A stretch of 63,672 nucleotides of DNA, counting the filler, from Sluysia triapertura (lineage: Eukaryota), in assembly GCA_046118255.1 (NCBI GenBank). It is 5 parts of 5 records of this genome, joined end to end, with 100 filler letters (N's around TTAATTAATTAA, not from the genome) between each part and the next. Parts side by side here need not be neighbours in the genome. Positions count along the whole stretch, not along the records: positions 49,141 to 63,672 come from JBJNIA010255742.1; 4 more parts are not named here. The stretch is one strand, 5' to 3'. The notes under the pieces are model-generated. The model worked only from the letters and a program-made list of their open reading frames with translations, ran no database searches and was not told the DNA's origin. Below, piece by piece: positions 51,816-63,672 of the stretch (positions are counted from its first letter, which is position 1; each line of letters begins with the position of its first letter). Made by a program: the position numbers and the translations under genes.

Positions 51816-53546
51816 CTAATAATACATTTCCAACAGTGGTATAAAGCGTATAAAGGTGGTGTCTTTTGCTTTACGCGTTTCGTTATCTGAACAAAAATAA
51901 AAGATTGTAATATCATTATTAACAATATAAAAATCGATTACTTTAAGTTCATTAATACTCGAATTGTTATTGTTCCCGTTCAGATCTAATACTCCGAAAC
52001 TTATTTGGATTTTTCTGATTCTAGAGAAATGATCGACGTACTGTGCGAATTCAGTATTGGGAATTGTTAGTTGATCCACTGTATGAGCGTATATGCAACC
52101 GCTCCTATGCTTGACACAAATTCCATCTTGGTTATTATCGAATAATAATAACTTTTTATAATTGCTTTTTTATAACTTTACCAGAATTTGGTGCGTTAAT
52201 AGTATTAGAAGATTTCTCTAATCGAATGTCGTATTACGATCCATGATGATATAAACTGTGAGGAGGAATTTTGATAATTTCTTGGCTTTCATTCACATGT
52301 TTAGGTGGTGATAATTCTGCGGTGTAATCTTTAATATCTGCCATCATATCAATTAGAACTGCGCGTTGTGTTTGTGTATCTTGAAAAGAATTGTAATCAT
52401 CAACGCTAGTTATAATAGAATCCACATATTTTAATGCATTCATTGTAATATTGACTTGTGGTTTATCTAAACATAGCACATCATTAACCAAAAATGACTC
52501 GACTAAAATTCCGTATCCGTAAGCTTCACTCACATTGTGTTGTGTCTCAACAACATATCTGAAATTTTTAATTTTAAACTGGTAACTTGCTAATTTGCAT
52601 TCTGCCTCATTTTTAGAGATGACGTTGGTCTGTCGTTTAAAATGGATAAAATTATTTTTACGCATAATGTTGACATGGTGGTAATCTTTTTTAATCGCTT
52701 TTGCAAGGAATGAATAATTAATCTTCTTTTTATCATTATGTTCTCTCCTGCAATCAATCCATTGATCCAGAGTCATATATTCTGCAAGATTATCAATTTT
52801 TTGATAACGAATTGGCATTAGAATGTTTTGATTTAATTTATTTGATAAACAAAGAGCCAATTTAAATAAATGTATTGCTAATGACATCTCTCGATAATCA
52901 TTTGTTAAAATTATGATAACTTTGCGCGATTCCAGCATCACATCTTAATCAGTATCATTAAACTCTTCATTAATAGCATTATCTTCATCATCGTTTCCTG
53001 ATGGCTCATTTAAGCAAAACTTTTTCAATTTACACGAATTAACATGTAAACAATTTCTTCGAAGATCTTCGTATATACAAAAAGCGTATATTGTTTAATT
53101 TGTACATCAATATTATTAATGAGAGTATCAAGCAATAATTTCTTTAATCGTTCAAATTCTTATATTACCTTTAAATCATCTTGAGGTGCATATTTAGTTA
53201 AATCTCTTTTATAGATTATTATCTTCATATTAACCAAAGTCATGCCAGCATGCAACCAAACAATGGTGAGTTTAACCATTGCTCTAGTCATATCAGCTCT
53301 CTGATTTCCAGTTGCTAAAATAGATGTAATTAATGACCAGTCTTTGTCATGAAATATTGTACACAATGCTCGACAAACATCATTAACTAAAGAAATGTGA
53401 TTGTGAAAACTAAATTTTGCCATGTACTGTTCGTAACACAATAAACGTTTATAAGGTAAGTGGCATAGTAAATCTTTGGATAACGAGTAATTAAAATGTT
53501 TTCGTGGATCTTCGTTAATAAATTTACATTTAAATTTTTTAGTCAT
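51816..53546 (-). pseudogene. family A gene with N-terminal death-domain-like and TIR-like segments, disrupted
   Basis: ORFs 53160-53546, 52234-52941 and 51816-52079. TIR-like ESRKVIIILTNDY...ILMPIRY; C-terminal half paralogous to 22335-22931. Confidence 0.6.
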
Positions 53547-53717
53547 TTGTAATCAGGTCTTTACTGATTTTGTGTATTGTTTTTAACGAAAAATTTTCTT
53601 TTTACTAAAAATTTTTTTAATTACTAAAATTTTCAAATTGTGTTATTATTTTTAATCTGCAATGACCTTCATTATTCTTTATCAACCAATGTTTATTTTT
53701 AGCACGACAATTTTCAC

Positions 53718-53781
53718 TGCTTGTCCAACTAGAGGTATTGAAATGATAAAAACAGTAATGCTAGCTCTGGTTGGATGGCCA
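53718..53781. promoter_or_regulatory. family A double-dyad palindrome, copy 3 (degenerate)
   Basis: TGCTTGTCCAACTAGAG ... CTCTGGTTGGATGGCCA, ~170 bp upstream of the minus-strand ATG at 53546. Confidence 0.55.
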
Positions 53782-54819
53782 ATAGAAACACGTACAGCAA
53801 TAAAAAGAATTGAGACTAATCACACAATTAAATTACACTGTGATGAGAACCATCATCAACAGTGACGTTAAACTATAGTTGCAAATTAAAAATGTCAATG
53901 TTGATGATGGCAGCTACCAAGATAATTGTTTATGTGATTAAAATTAATAAAATGATAATAATAATAAATAATAATGAAAACTAAAATGATGATAGTAATA
54001 ATAACAAGAATTAACACATAGATTCTTTTTGAAACTTATTCAAGAACTTGCTTTTAAATTCTTTGTTTTCTCAACATATATGAAGTTGTCTAGAACTAAA
54101 TATCTTTAATGATTTGTGAAGGTTAAATGTTACAATGTAGAAAATTACGATTTTAGTATTTTAGAATAATATACATTGATGTTATAAATGAATAATGTTT
54201 TTAGCTGAAGAGGAGTTTGTGTCTTGAAAGGCTATCATTTAATGTTTATGACTATTTAAAATGAATGATAAATATATCAATTTATGAATTTATGAAATTA
54301 ATGTTTAGTTATTAGGATTAATGATATAAGATCGTGAATTTAGAATGTTTGAAATAATTTGAAGGTATCTGGTAGTTAATTTCGAATGTGGTTGTAGTTG
54401 GGTTGTTATGGAATGACAAATAAAATATTAAATTAATTTTATTATCATGGCACATTTTTAAATGTATTTTCCCATTCCAACATTAAAATTTTATGACACC
54501 TTGTTAATCGCTGTAATTTTGACTTTAAATATAAGTAATTATTGTTCAAATATTTATAATCTAAATTTTTATTTCATGTCACAAAATCGTAGATATTACT
54601 ATTTAAAGTTTCATTTGGATCTTCCCATACTTGATAATTGATTACCAAACGTATATCACCATTTTGTACCATATTCCATACATTATTCAAATAATTTTTA
54701 ATTAATTTTTATTTTTGGATTAAATACCAGCACATCGAAACTTGCTAATTTTGACTTCATTTTTGTAATATCTCTAAAACCAATAATAAAACTTAACATT
54801 ATACACTAAATTTAATATT

Positions 54820-55090
54820 ATTATATCATGAGCTAACATTTTTATTGACTTATGAAATTAAATTAACTTTAATTAAGTTAATTAACAAATGTACTTTAAT
54901 ATTTTAACAAGTAAAACCTTTTAAATGGTTATTTCTTCGTATTTCTCATTATTTTATTTCGATTTAAATATTTTATATCCTTATCCTACCATTACAGTTC
55001 ATCATAATGCCTCATCTTAATTCTTTAATAATGGTGAACTTATTCTGTTATCCTTAGTCTTTATCCTTCACCAATCCCAACACTTCTATT
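54820..55090 (+). repeat. interspersed repeat shared with 13703-13975
   Basis: Same shared sequence as 13703-13975. Confidence 0.8.
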
Positions 55091-55372
55091 TAAGAAAAAT
55101 TTTGTTAAAGTTATAATATATTTATAAAAAGTCTTATTTACAATTAAACAGTTACATCGAATTTATTTAAAGAGTAAAAACTAAAGAGTAAAAAATAAAG
55201 AGTAAAAACTAATTTATTCATCATTCTCTAAAAACTAAATTTATTTACAGGTACGCGGACGAATTTCAAATTGTTTATCAGATAAAAACCAAGAAGAGAT
55301 GGAAACAAGTAACAATAGTCATTTATTACTTCTTTTAGGACTAAAATGTATGATCTGTCAGCCAGATATATT

Positions 55373-55530
55373 TGTTAGACTTCGTAAAATAGACTGACCG
55401 AGGATAGAACCCGGGACCATTTTCTGCGCAGTCGATGCTCTACCACTGAGCTATCAGCCCCGTCTAACACTTTCATTTTTAATATATTGAATTATACTAC
55501 TTGGCACTTTTTAGGCCTTTTACCCCAACA
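55373..55530 (-). mobile_element. solo LTR of the tRNA-TRIM with 4-bp TSD
   Basis: TATT|TGTTAGAC...CCCCAACA|TATT, 158 bp. Confidence 0.92.
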
Positions 55531-55976
55531 TATTAGAACATAGACTGACACACTGAGGTAAAACTCGTATGGCCCATACCAACTAGTTTGATATTTAAGA
55601 GAAAAAGGGAGTATCCCACCGAGTTGTTTCACAAATTTGACTTATTTATGGAGTTGTCAGCATTGTTAAACATTATATTTTGACAAGTTTTAATAAAGGT
55701 AATAGTTGATTGTTTTTCGCTTATAAACTTGAATATCGCATAATTACTAGAGTACTTGATTAGAATTTTTATGAAAAATTTACTGAAACAAAACACATTA
55801 TAAAAATGTTTATTATAGTTGTACTGAAAATCTTTAACTTAATTATTATGGTTAATAAGGATATAATATTTACTAAAACACTTTATATAATACTTTATCC
55901 ATTGACATTTTAAAATGGAACACATCATGACAATCTTTATCTAAATCGTAAGTGTATGACGTTATATGTTTATTGC

Positions 55977-56780
55977 TCACTTCAGCATTAATACCATCTG
56001 AAGTGTGGAGGGCCATATGCATTTAATTTTATCTTTTAACTTATAAGCATTTAATTTTAAAAAACGAGTTTTAATTAAAATAGAACAATTAATCAACATT
56101 AATTTTATTTTTAAAAACAAGGGCTTAAGGCCCGAAACAATTGAAAACCAATATATAATCAAACTTAATAAAAAGGCAAGATTTGTTGATAAATAAATAA
56201 CTATTGAATAACAATGTAATAAAACATATAAAAAATTTATAAGAATAACCAGTGAACACAGCACAGTCCAAAAAGTATGGTTAGATTTTAAAGTCTTAGT
56301 ATTATTGCCGGATTTAGTACATCGAACCGTTTTATAAGCTTCACATCGATCACATTCTTTTGGAATTTCTTTACAATGAGACATAAATATACTATACGTT
56401 TTGCTATAAAACTGATGGCGAAATAAATTGGTAATTCTATTTCTAATACAATGACAATCATAATCAGTAACAGAAATTGGATTATTAACCCAAGTTGAGC
56501 ATTTCATAAAACGATTTTTGAAACTATCGTATCCTTTAGTCTTGTGATAAGTATTCACGTATTTAACATAAAAAAACGATTGTTTACTTACATTAATCAA
56601 ATCTAAATAATTTAATATTGTTAGTGGTAATAGATTTTCTTTAATACCATCATAAAATTTACAGTCTGTTCTTTCATATACTTTTCCATGGATTTCAACA
56701 TGCGTAGAATTGAAGTTTTTTGTAATATCAAAACCAGAACCAAATGTCACGAATAATAATATAAATTCAACTAAAATCAT
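55977..56780 (-). CDS. intronless 267-aa putative surface/membrane protein
   Basis: ATG, signal-peptide-like MILVEFILLFVTFGSG, Cys-rich region with N-x-S/T sites, two hydrophobic helices, basic tail. Tail paralogous to 60780-61020 (GLKP..L.IK, ..PST). Confidence 0.55.
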   Translation of the reverse strand: MILVEFILLFVTFGSGFDITKNFNSTHVEIHGKVYERTDCKFYDGIKENLLPLTILNYLDLINVSKQSFFYVKYVNTYHKTKGYDSFKNRFMKCSTWVNNPISVTDYDCHCIRNRITNLFRHQFYSKTYSIFMSHCKEIPKECDRCEAYKTVRCTKSGNNTKTLKSNHTFWTVLCSLVILINFLYVLLHCYSIVIYLSTNLAFLLSLIIYWFSIVSGLKPLFLKIKLMLINCSILIKTRFLKLNAYKLKDKIKCIWPSTLQMVLMLK

Positions 56781-57924
56781 ATTTTATTGATTTTTTTAAG
56801 TTACATAGTAATTATTAAAATATTATTTAATTTATAAATTTTTTGTGTATTTTATAATTTCAGGAATGTCGGGAGCTGGTGAAGGAGGATCCAAAGATCT
56901 GTACATGTCGGATCTTCATTAGTAAATGCAGAAGTTGTATTTTCAATGATGGTAGTTTGTCTATTAACAACTATTTTGATTATATGATTATCTACTTACA
57001 ATAATAAGTAGTTAAAAATAAACTAATAATTGACATTATATAAGATTTTTTAATTTTATTTCTATCTATTATAATTTTTAGACATGACCAGGATTCTCTG
57101 TTACTAAATATCATACAAGTTATAAACATGGTACAATTTGTAAGTAATTATGTGTAAATACTGACCGGTAATAGATACGATATACTGTATTATTGTATTA
57201 AATTAAATGAATTTGTTGCTCGGTATTTGCTGCAAATTTTACCACTTTTCTAATTGATGGTCATCAGCAGGTCGTTGATCTGCAGTTTCTCTGTAAGCTC
57301 TCAAAATAGGTGTGCTAAATCCAGCAGTATCACCACAATATTTGATATTGTATGCATCGTAGCTTATTTGGACTTGATCTGGCGTTAGATGACATGCATA
57401 ACATACATTACATGACGGTGAAGTTTTGTTGTGTTTCGGGTTAAAAGCTTTTGCCAGCATCTTTGAACTTTTCTTCAATGTTTCGGATAATATTCTTTGA
57501 TTTTGCATAACAAATTCTATTTGTTGAAATGGTTTATTTAGATTTGAACACTTGGAAATAGTTGTTCTGTATGCCAGAAAAGATCGATAAATGTCTATTA
57601 CTGTTCATAATGATAATGTGTCTAAATAATCTCGATTACTAGCTAAAATTTGCTCAGCATCTTATAAGTTTAAGTGATATGATGCATGCTTAGCAATTCA
57701 ATTAAATATTTTCTAAAAAAATGACTGATGTGACCTTACAATATGTAAGTAAGACACTGCGAAAATATTAAGCAATTTACTGCATTTAACTTCAATAGTT
57801 TTTGAATATTTGATTGACTAATAGGTTCAGAACTTGGTCTAACTAGTGATACTTTCTTTCGCATCCAAGATAATATTAATATTTAAAAATGTTACCTGAT
57901 GATTAATAGAATTTATTGGCAATC

Positions 57925-58328
57925 AACAGATATTGTTGTATAAAAGAAGAATTAAAACAGACGAAGAGGTAGATTGATAATAAGGATAAAAGGAAATAAC
58001 AATAATAATGATAACATTTATATGATTATTGTGTTTATTAATATAGAATTGTTGAAATTTATTATGAAATTTTATCAGGAGAAATATTATAAAAGTTATT
58101 ATGAAAGTTATTATTTGATATTTATTATACAACAATAATGATTATAATTGTTACACATCTGTTAATATGATATGAATCGCAATAATAATAACGATAGCTG
58201 ATGATAGTTAGATGTGATAGTTGTGTTTATTTTTAAATGAGTTTAGTAGTTTGTTTAATAGTTTGTGTATATGCGGAGTGTCATTATGCGATGAATTTTG
58301 ATGAATTTTATGTGATGAATTCCCTACA
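57925..58328 (-). repeat. repeat family D copy
   Basis: AATGAGTTTAGTAGTTTGTTTAATAGT.TGTGTA.ATGCGGAGTGT...CCCTACA shared with 62862-63203. Confidence 0.85.
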
Positions 58329-58637
58329 ATTGTAATTAATAATTAAAAGTTATTTTGTTAGTTAACTAATTTTCTTTTAAAATAGGAATGAATGCATTAA
58401 GTTGACCAACCAAATATAGCAAAAAGACGTGCAACAATCAATCATAATCTACAAGCAAGTACTGGAATTGAGCAACACACCTTCTATTGATAGGACTGTC
58501 AGTAATGACAGTAAATAATCCATAATAATTGCAAAAATGTCATTGTTGACAGCACAAATAGTTTAATTGTAATGGTAGTAACTAGGTGATAATAAAATAG
58601 TAATCAGTAATAATAAAATTAATAATAATAAAAGTAC

Positions 58638-58679
<42 letters not shown>

Positions 58680-60779
58680 TAAATTGATAATAATAATAAA
58701 AATAATAAAATACAATAATAACAGTAAAAACTGCATAAATTTCTCGTACTTATTTCTTCTCTTTAATTTAAAAATTCTTGTTTTCTACTTATCTGTCTTA
58801 AAAGATTGTTTATTTATTTCTTTAGACTATTAAATAAAATAATAAAATGAATTTCTTATTACTACATATTCTTTACTTATTTCTGTTTCTTTTAAAACAA
58901 ATTCTTAAATTCTTTTGAAACGTAAAACTTATTATAATTAATTCTTTTTCTTGAAAAGTTCTTTCTTGGAACTAAAATTCTTTTAGGCAATGAAACTGTT
59001 GAAGAACAAATAAATGTCAACATAAAAATGTAAAAATGTAAAGAAAACTTATAAAAGGCTAATTAAAGAGGAAGACAACGTCGTTAAAGATGTTAAAAGA
59101 AATTCCATTTGATTTAATGTTTTTAAGTAAATTTAAAATGTAAATTTTATGTTTTTCGATGATATTAATGATTTTAATGTTGAAGAATTGCGAACTTGAA
59201 ATGTTTTGATATATTTACATGTTTTAATACTTTTTGAAGAAATAAAGATGAAATATTAGTAAAATGTGATTTTTTATTATAGTGAATCAATTTAAAATTT
59301 TGAGTAAAAGGCTGGCCACCACATCGAATTTACATATCACTATTTATTTATCAGATTTTGTATCAAGTAATAAATTGTATAGAATTTATAATACTACAAT
59401 TTATTCAACATTGTGTGAAAAATTTAATTTATCTAATTTTGTGTTGTCGAACAATTTTAATAAATTATATGCATTAAAAAATTAAAACAAATTAGGACGA
59501 AGAATTAAGAGATCACAAAACAAAAAAATTAATGACGAGAAATCGAACAAACTTTGAATTATAAGATCTTTAGAATCGATTTGATCAAAATTTATCACGT
59601 ACTGACTTTAACTTTGACAGAAATAAAAATCCCGTAATATCCCATAAATTATTATTATTATTTGTTCGATCTATTATATAATTAAAATTATATACTGTAC
59701 ATTAATTGACGATTTGAATTAATATTACGTATAATTATTTGATTTTAATAAAAATTTTGTTATTTTTTAACATTTTGAAGCAAATAAAATCATAAAGAAA
59801 ATTTTTTTTAGATTTTTTTAGCGATTCGTGCATTATATAACATTATGTAATAAGAGTAAAATACATTTGTAAAAGAATAAAAGAATACTTCAGTTTTAGT
59901 ATATCATAAATGAGCACTATTTTAGTTTTTAATACGTTATATTATTCTAAATTTAAAACATTTTTTAATTTAATTTAAATCTTAAAATTGTGTGAATACG
60001 AATATTATTGTCAGAATAATTCTTTTTGACACTTTAGGATATTTCTATTCATAATTATATATTCTTTTTATGATGTTATTATGATTTTACATTCAAAATT
60101 TTATCATGTTAATTATACAAAACAGTATATTGTATTACGAGATAAAAAAAAACGAACTACTCATAAGCAAAATGCGTTACAATTAGTCAACAGTTTTTCA
60201 ATTTTCTTGAGGAACTTTTCTACGTAGTTATCATTTATATAAAGAAAATTATTCGTGAATTCATCTTGTAACTAATCTTATTTGGAAATACATTTCGTGA
60301 ACATTTTCAATTTTGGTCGTCATATTCACACATTAAAGGATTACTACTCTTTGATCAATTTCCATGATATGAAGTCGTAAGTTAATTCTTGTTAAGGATT
60401 TAAGTATAATATTTTAGTTTTAAACTTTTACTTAAAATCATTATTAATTTTCAAAAAGTCAAGAATTATTCCTGATTTAATACCACTTTTTAAAATCCAC
60501 AAAAATCAATCTGAAGCATAGCTTCAGAATCAAAATTGTTTCTATATTTTTATATTATATTAATCACTTGTATTATTTAAATTTTATCCATTGTTTAATA
60601 AAAATAAGTGTTGAGTTACGTTCTTTATTTGTATTTTGATAGTCAAGCGATAAAGTAAAAAGTTTATTAAAATACTAAGTTGAAATTGATAAAAGTAATA
60701 TGTTAAGAAAATTTAGTCTCGTTCATATTAAGAAACATTATAGATAAACTGAAAAGTTTTTTTAGATCTAAGCAATTGA

Positions 60780-61582
60780 CTTGTGTGGAGGGCAAAAAGT
60801 ATTTTATTTTATTGAAATAATGTTATTTTTATTCAATTTTGTATTTTTACCAAGTATAATTTTTACTAAATAACTTACAATTAAATTACGTTTTAAAAGT
60901 CTTATTTTTATATTTAACAAAATAGGCTTAAGACCTGTAACAATTAAAAACAATAACAAAATTAAGAAATTTAATGAACCAGCAAAATTCGTTACTATGT
61001 AAAAAAAATAAAAATAAAACAATTTAACAAATACATAACTGTAACTCCGATTATCACGTACTTTAAAATATTTTCTTTCAAAAAGATATTTAAATAATGA
61101 TTACCACGTAATATTGAAGCTTTACGAACATAAGGCTCCATATAATATACATCATTATGCTGTAATTGATCGAGGCATCTACCTTTCATTTTAACTCCAT
61201 CATATACACAGTATCGATTAATTCGTAGAAAACTCGCGGCGATTGAATTAAAAATTCGTATACCTGATATTCTTGAATCTGTTCTTAGATAAACAACCGG
61301 TGATGAATTGTAAAGAGTCATCTTACAAAAAATGAGTTTAACTGATATTCCCACTGTAATACTTGCAACTATTTGATAAATAAAATGGGCACCATAGAAC
61401 GCGTGAGATAAACGAATAAAAAATAATGTAAATGTTTTTAATAAATAATAACCTTCCATCTCACACCTTTTTAGTCTGCTGTAGAAAAAGGTCAACAAAA
61501 CAAATAAACCAGCTGTACTAACTGTAATACCACTTGGTAGAAGTCTTGGAGTGGTTTGACTAGTTGTACCAAAATGTACCAT
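60780..61582 (-). pseudogene. chimeric frameshifted ORF: glucose-6-phosphatase (PAP2)-like fragment joined to the 55977-56780 family tail
   Basis: FGTTSQTTPRLLPSGITVSTAGLF resembles G6PC [45 protein letters not shown] resembles [22 protein letters not shown]. Confidence 0.55.
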
Positions 61583-62861
61583 AGCAAAATTTTTTAAATC
61601 AATAAAAATTAAATTATATTATTTTAAAGTCTGATATAATTTATTTTATTATAACTATTTTTACATGACTATTATGAGTTATTTAGGAATTGTGTAATCT
61701 ATTGATATTTATTGTTAATAAAGGATAAATGCGTATTTCAGTAATATTCTACGACTAACATAATTTGATTAAAAGCAAGTCAAATTGTAACATTCATAAA
61801 ACAATAATTCATAAAATAGAAATCTAGTAACACAAACAAAACAAAAATAAATCGAGTTGTCATTAGCGACGATAAAACAATGATAAATTTTAAACGAAAA
61901 TTACATAAATAATGCGTAACTTTTTATCCAATGAATCATTCAGAAATTGATGACGCATCTTTGCATTATTGAACTATTTGATGAGTCATGTGTGTTTGTT
62001 AGTATTATGGATTTATTAATATCATTTCGCAACCCAATCAGTCATTAATAAACAATGGGTTAAACATTTTATTGTCATACCGATCATTTCAATTAGTGAC
62101 TTTGAAGTAAGTATTTTTTGCATTTTATTTAACATGCTAAGTCAAAAATAGCAATAATTGTCAAGCTTTCGTACAGCACGTATGTTATTTATAAGTTTAA
62201 AGTTATTAAAAGAAAACAAATTTTGAAAAGGTGTCCTAAATATGGAATCATTGGATGATAATGGATTACATATTAATTTAATATACAATTGTTAGTTATG
62301 TAATTTGAACAAGTAGTTAATTTAAACAGTTTGAGATTATACATTGCAGCTACTTTTTAATTTATCATGCATATCTATGAATATAATTAGATTTAATTAT
62401 CAAATATAAACCGTTCTTTTGACAACTCAATATAATAAGCAATAAATAGAATCGGGAAAGACTTTTTGAAATGATGAATCTAAAATATAATAAAATCCAA
62501 TCACTAAATTATTGTTTTATAAGTTAAAAATGAGCTGGATGATTAACTGTAGCTTTAATTAAGTCATGTGGATCTTGATTTTAGCAGTAAATGTTGTGCA
62601 ACGTTTTAATTAGTGGATATTTGTCCAATTGTTTGCATGCTTTCAACATTTAATTGATTTCTGCAACAGTATAGGCACCGAGGGCGTGTTCGCCAAATAA
62701 AACATCAATGATTTGTTTTAACGTTTTGTCAGTTCGAGCTAAATTGAGCCCTACAAGGATATTACGAAATCTATAACAGAGATTAATCGGAGTATCCATT
62801 AGGTCATTTTTATGAGCCAAACATACAAACATTTCAGCGAAACCACAACTTTGGTATACAG

Positions 62862-63203
62862 TCAGATATATTGCATAGTATAAAAAGGGAAAGAAAGATT
62901 GATAATAAAAATGAACGAAAAAAATAGTAGGAATAGGAAATAATAATGATAACAATTATGAAATTTCATCATGAAAATTATTATAAAAGTTATTACTATA
63001 TGATCATATTATATGACAATAATTACTATAATTATTATATATTTTTTTAATATGATCTGAATCGTAATAATAATAGCGATAGTTCATGATGATTAGATAT
63101 GATGGTCATGTTTGTTTTTGAATGAGTTTAGTAGTTTGTTTAATAGTCTGTGTACATGCGGAGTGTGTTCGTGTGATGAATTTTATGTGATGTAATCCCT
63201 ACA
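62862..63203 (-). mobile_element. repeat family D copy inserted into a coding-like sequence
   Basis: Bounded by direct repeat TACAG (62857-62861, 63200-63204); removing it rejoins a reading frame. Confidence 0.65.
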
Positions 63204-63672
63204 GACTTGCTTCCAAGATTATTCCCGTATCCCTTCGCAGTAATCATCCCACTGAAGTATGTGAAATCAAAGCCACAACATCATTGTTCTCGAATGGATT
63301 CTATTGGAGAATTATTCCCAAAAAACCGCCATAAAAACCGAGTCCGAATCCATTTAAAACTATCTTTGTTCTGGGAAAAATCTTGATCCTATCTGTCATT
63401 TTTTCAAATAGTTCAATCTAAATAATTTTACCACTAATTCAATATATTTCTTACTTTAGAGGTAATACATAAACTAATATCTTGTACGTCTTCTAAAAAT
63501 GCAAAAATAACTTTCTGGTACTATAAACTTTATTATTTTAAATAAAATAAAGAACCTTTGTAATATTTATATAATATTATTTAAACAAAAAAATCTTCTT
63601 TTTCTTTTCTTTAAAATTTTTATATTATTCAAGTTTGAGTGAATCTTTTATTGAAAGGCTAACTACAGACTA

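Noticed and set aside
57239-57508. Cys-containing ORF (SCNVCYACH) as a zinc finger or Ly6 domain
   Set aside because: Too short, no complete motif and no supported exon structure.

Overview
Very AT-rich eukaryotic (animal-type) genomic DNA with spliceosomal introns. It is not one contiguous locus: five contigs are joined by artificial 100-bp linkers (44 N + TTAATTAATTAA + 44 N), and there is one plain N gap. Recognisable host genes are four internal exons of GBF1, a complete 5-exon short-chain acyl-CoA dehydrogenase (ACADS, with 34- and 40-nt introns), the 3' end of a Brahma/SMARCA2/4 gene and the 3' half of an adiponectin receptor. The rest is decayed DNA transposons (Tc1, mariner, pogo/Tigger, a piggyBac-like MITE) and several interspersed repeat families shared between contigs. 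The best-supported unusual system is a 334-bp miniature LTR retrotransposon (TRIM) at 29948-30281. Its LTRs each carry a tRNA-Ala-like Pol III unit, and it has a PBS, a degenerate PPT, a 4-bp TSD, empty paralogous sites and several solo LTRs elsewhere in the window. A second, more speculative system is a dispersed intronless gene family preceded by a conserved double-dyad palindrome, one member of which carries an apparent death+TIR (MyD88-like) segment. A separate ORF family carries an apparent glucose-6-phosphatase-like fragment. All alignments were done by eye.
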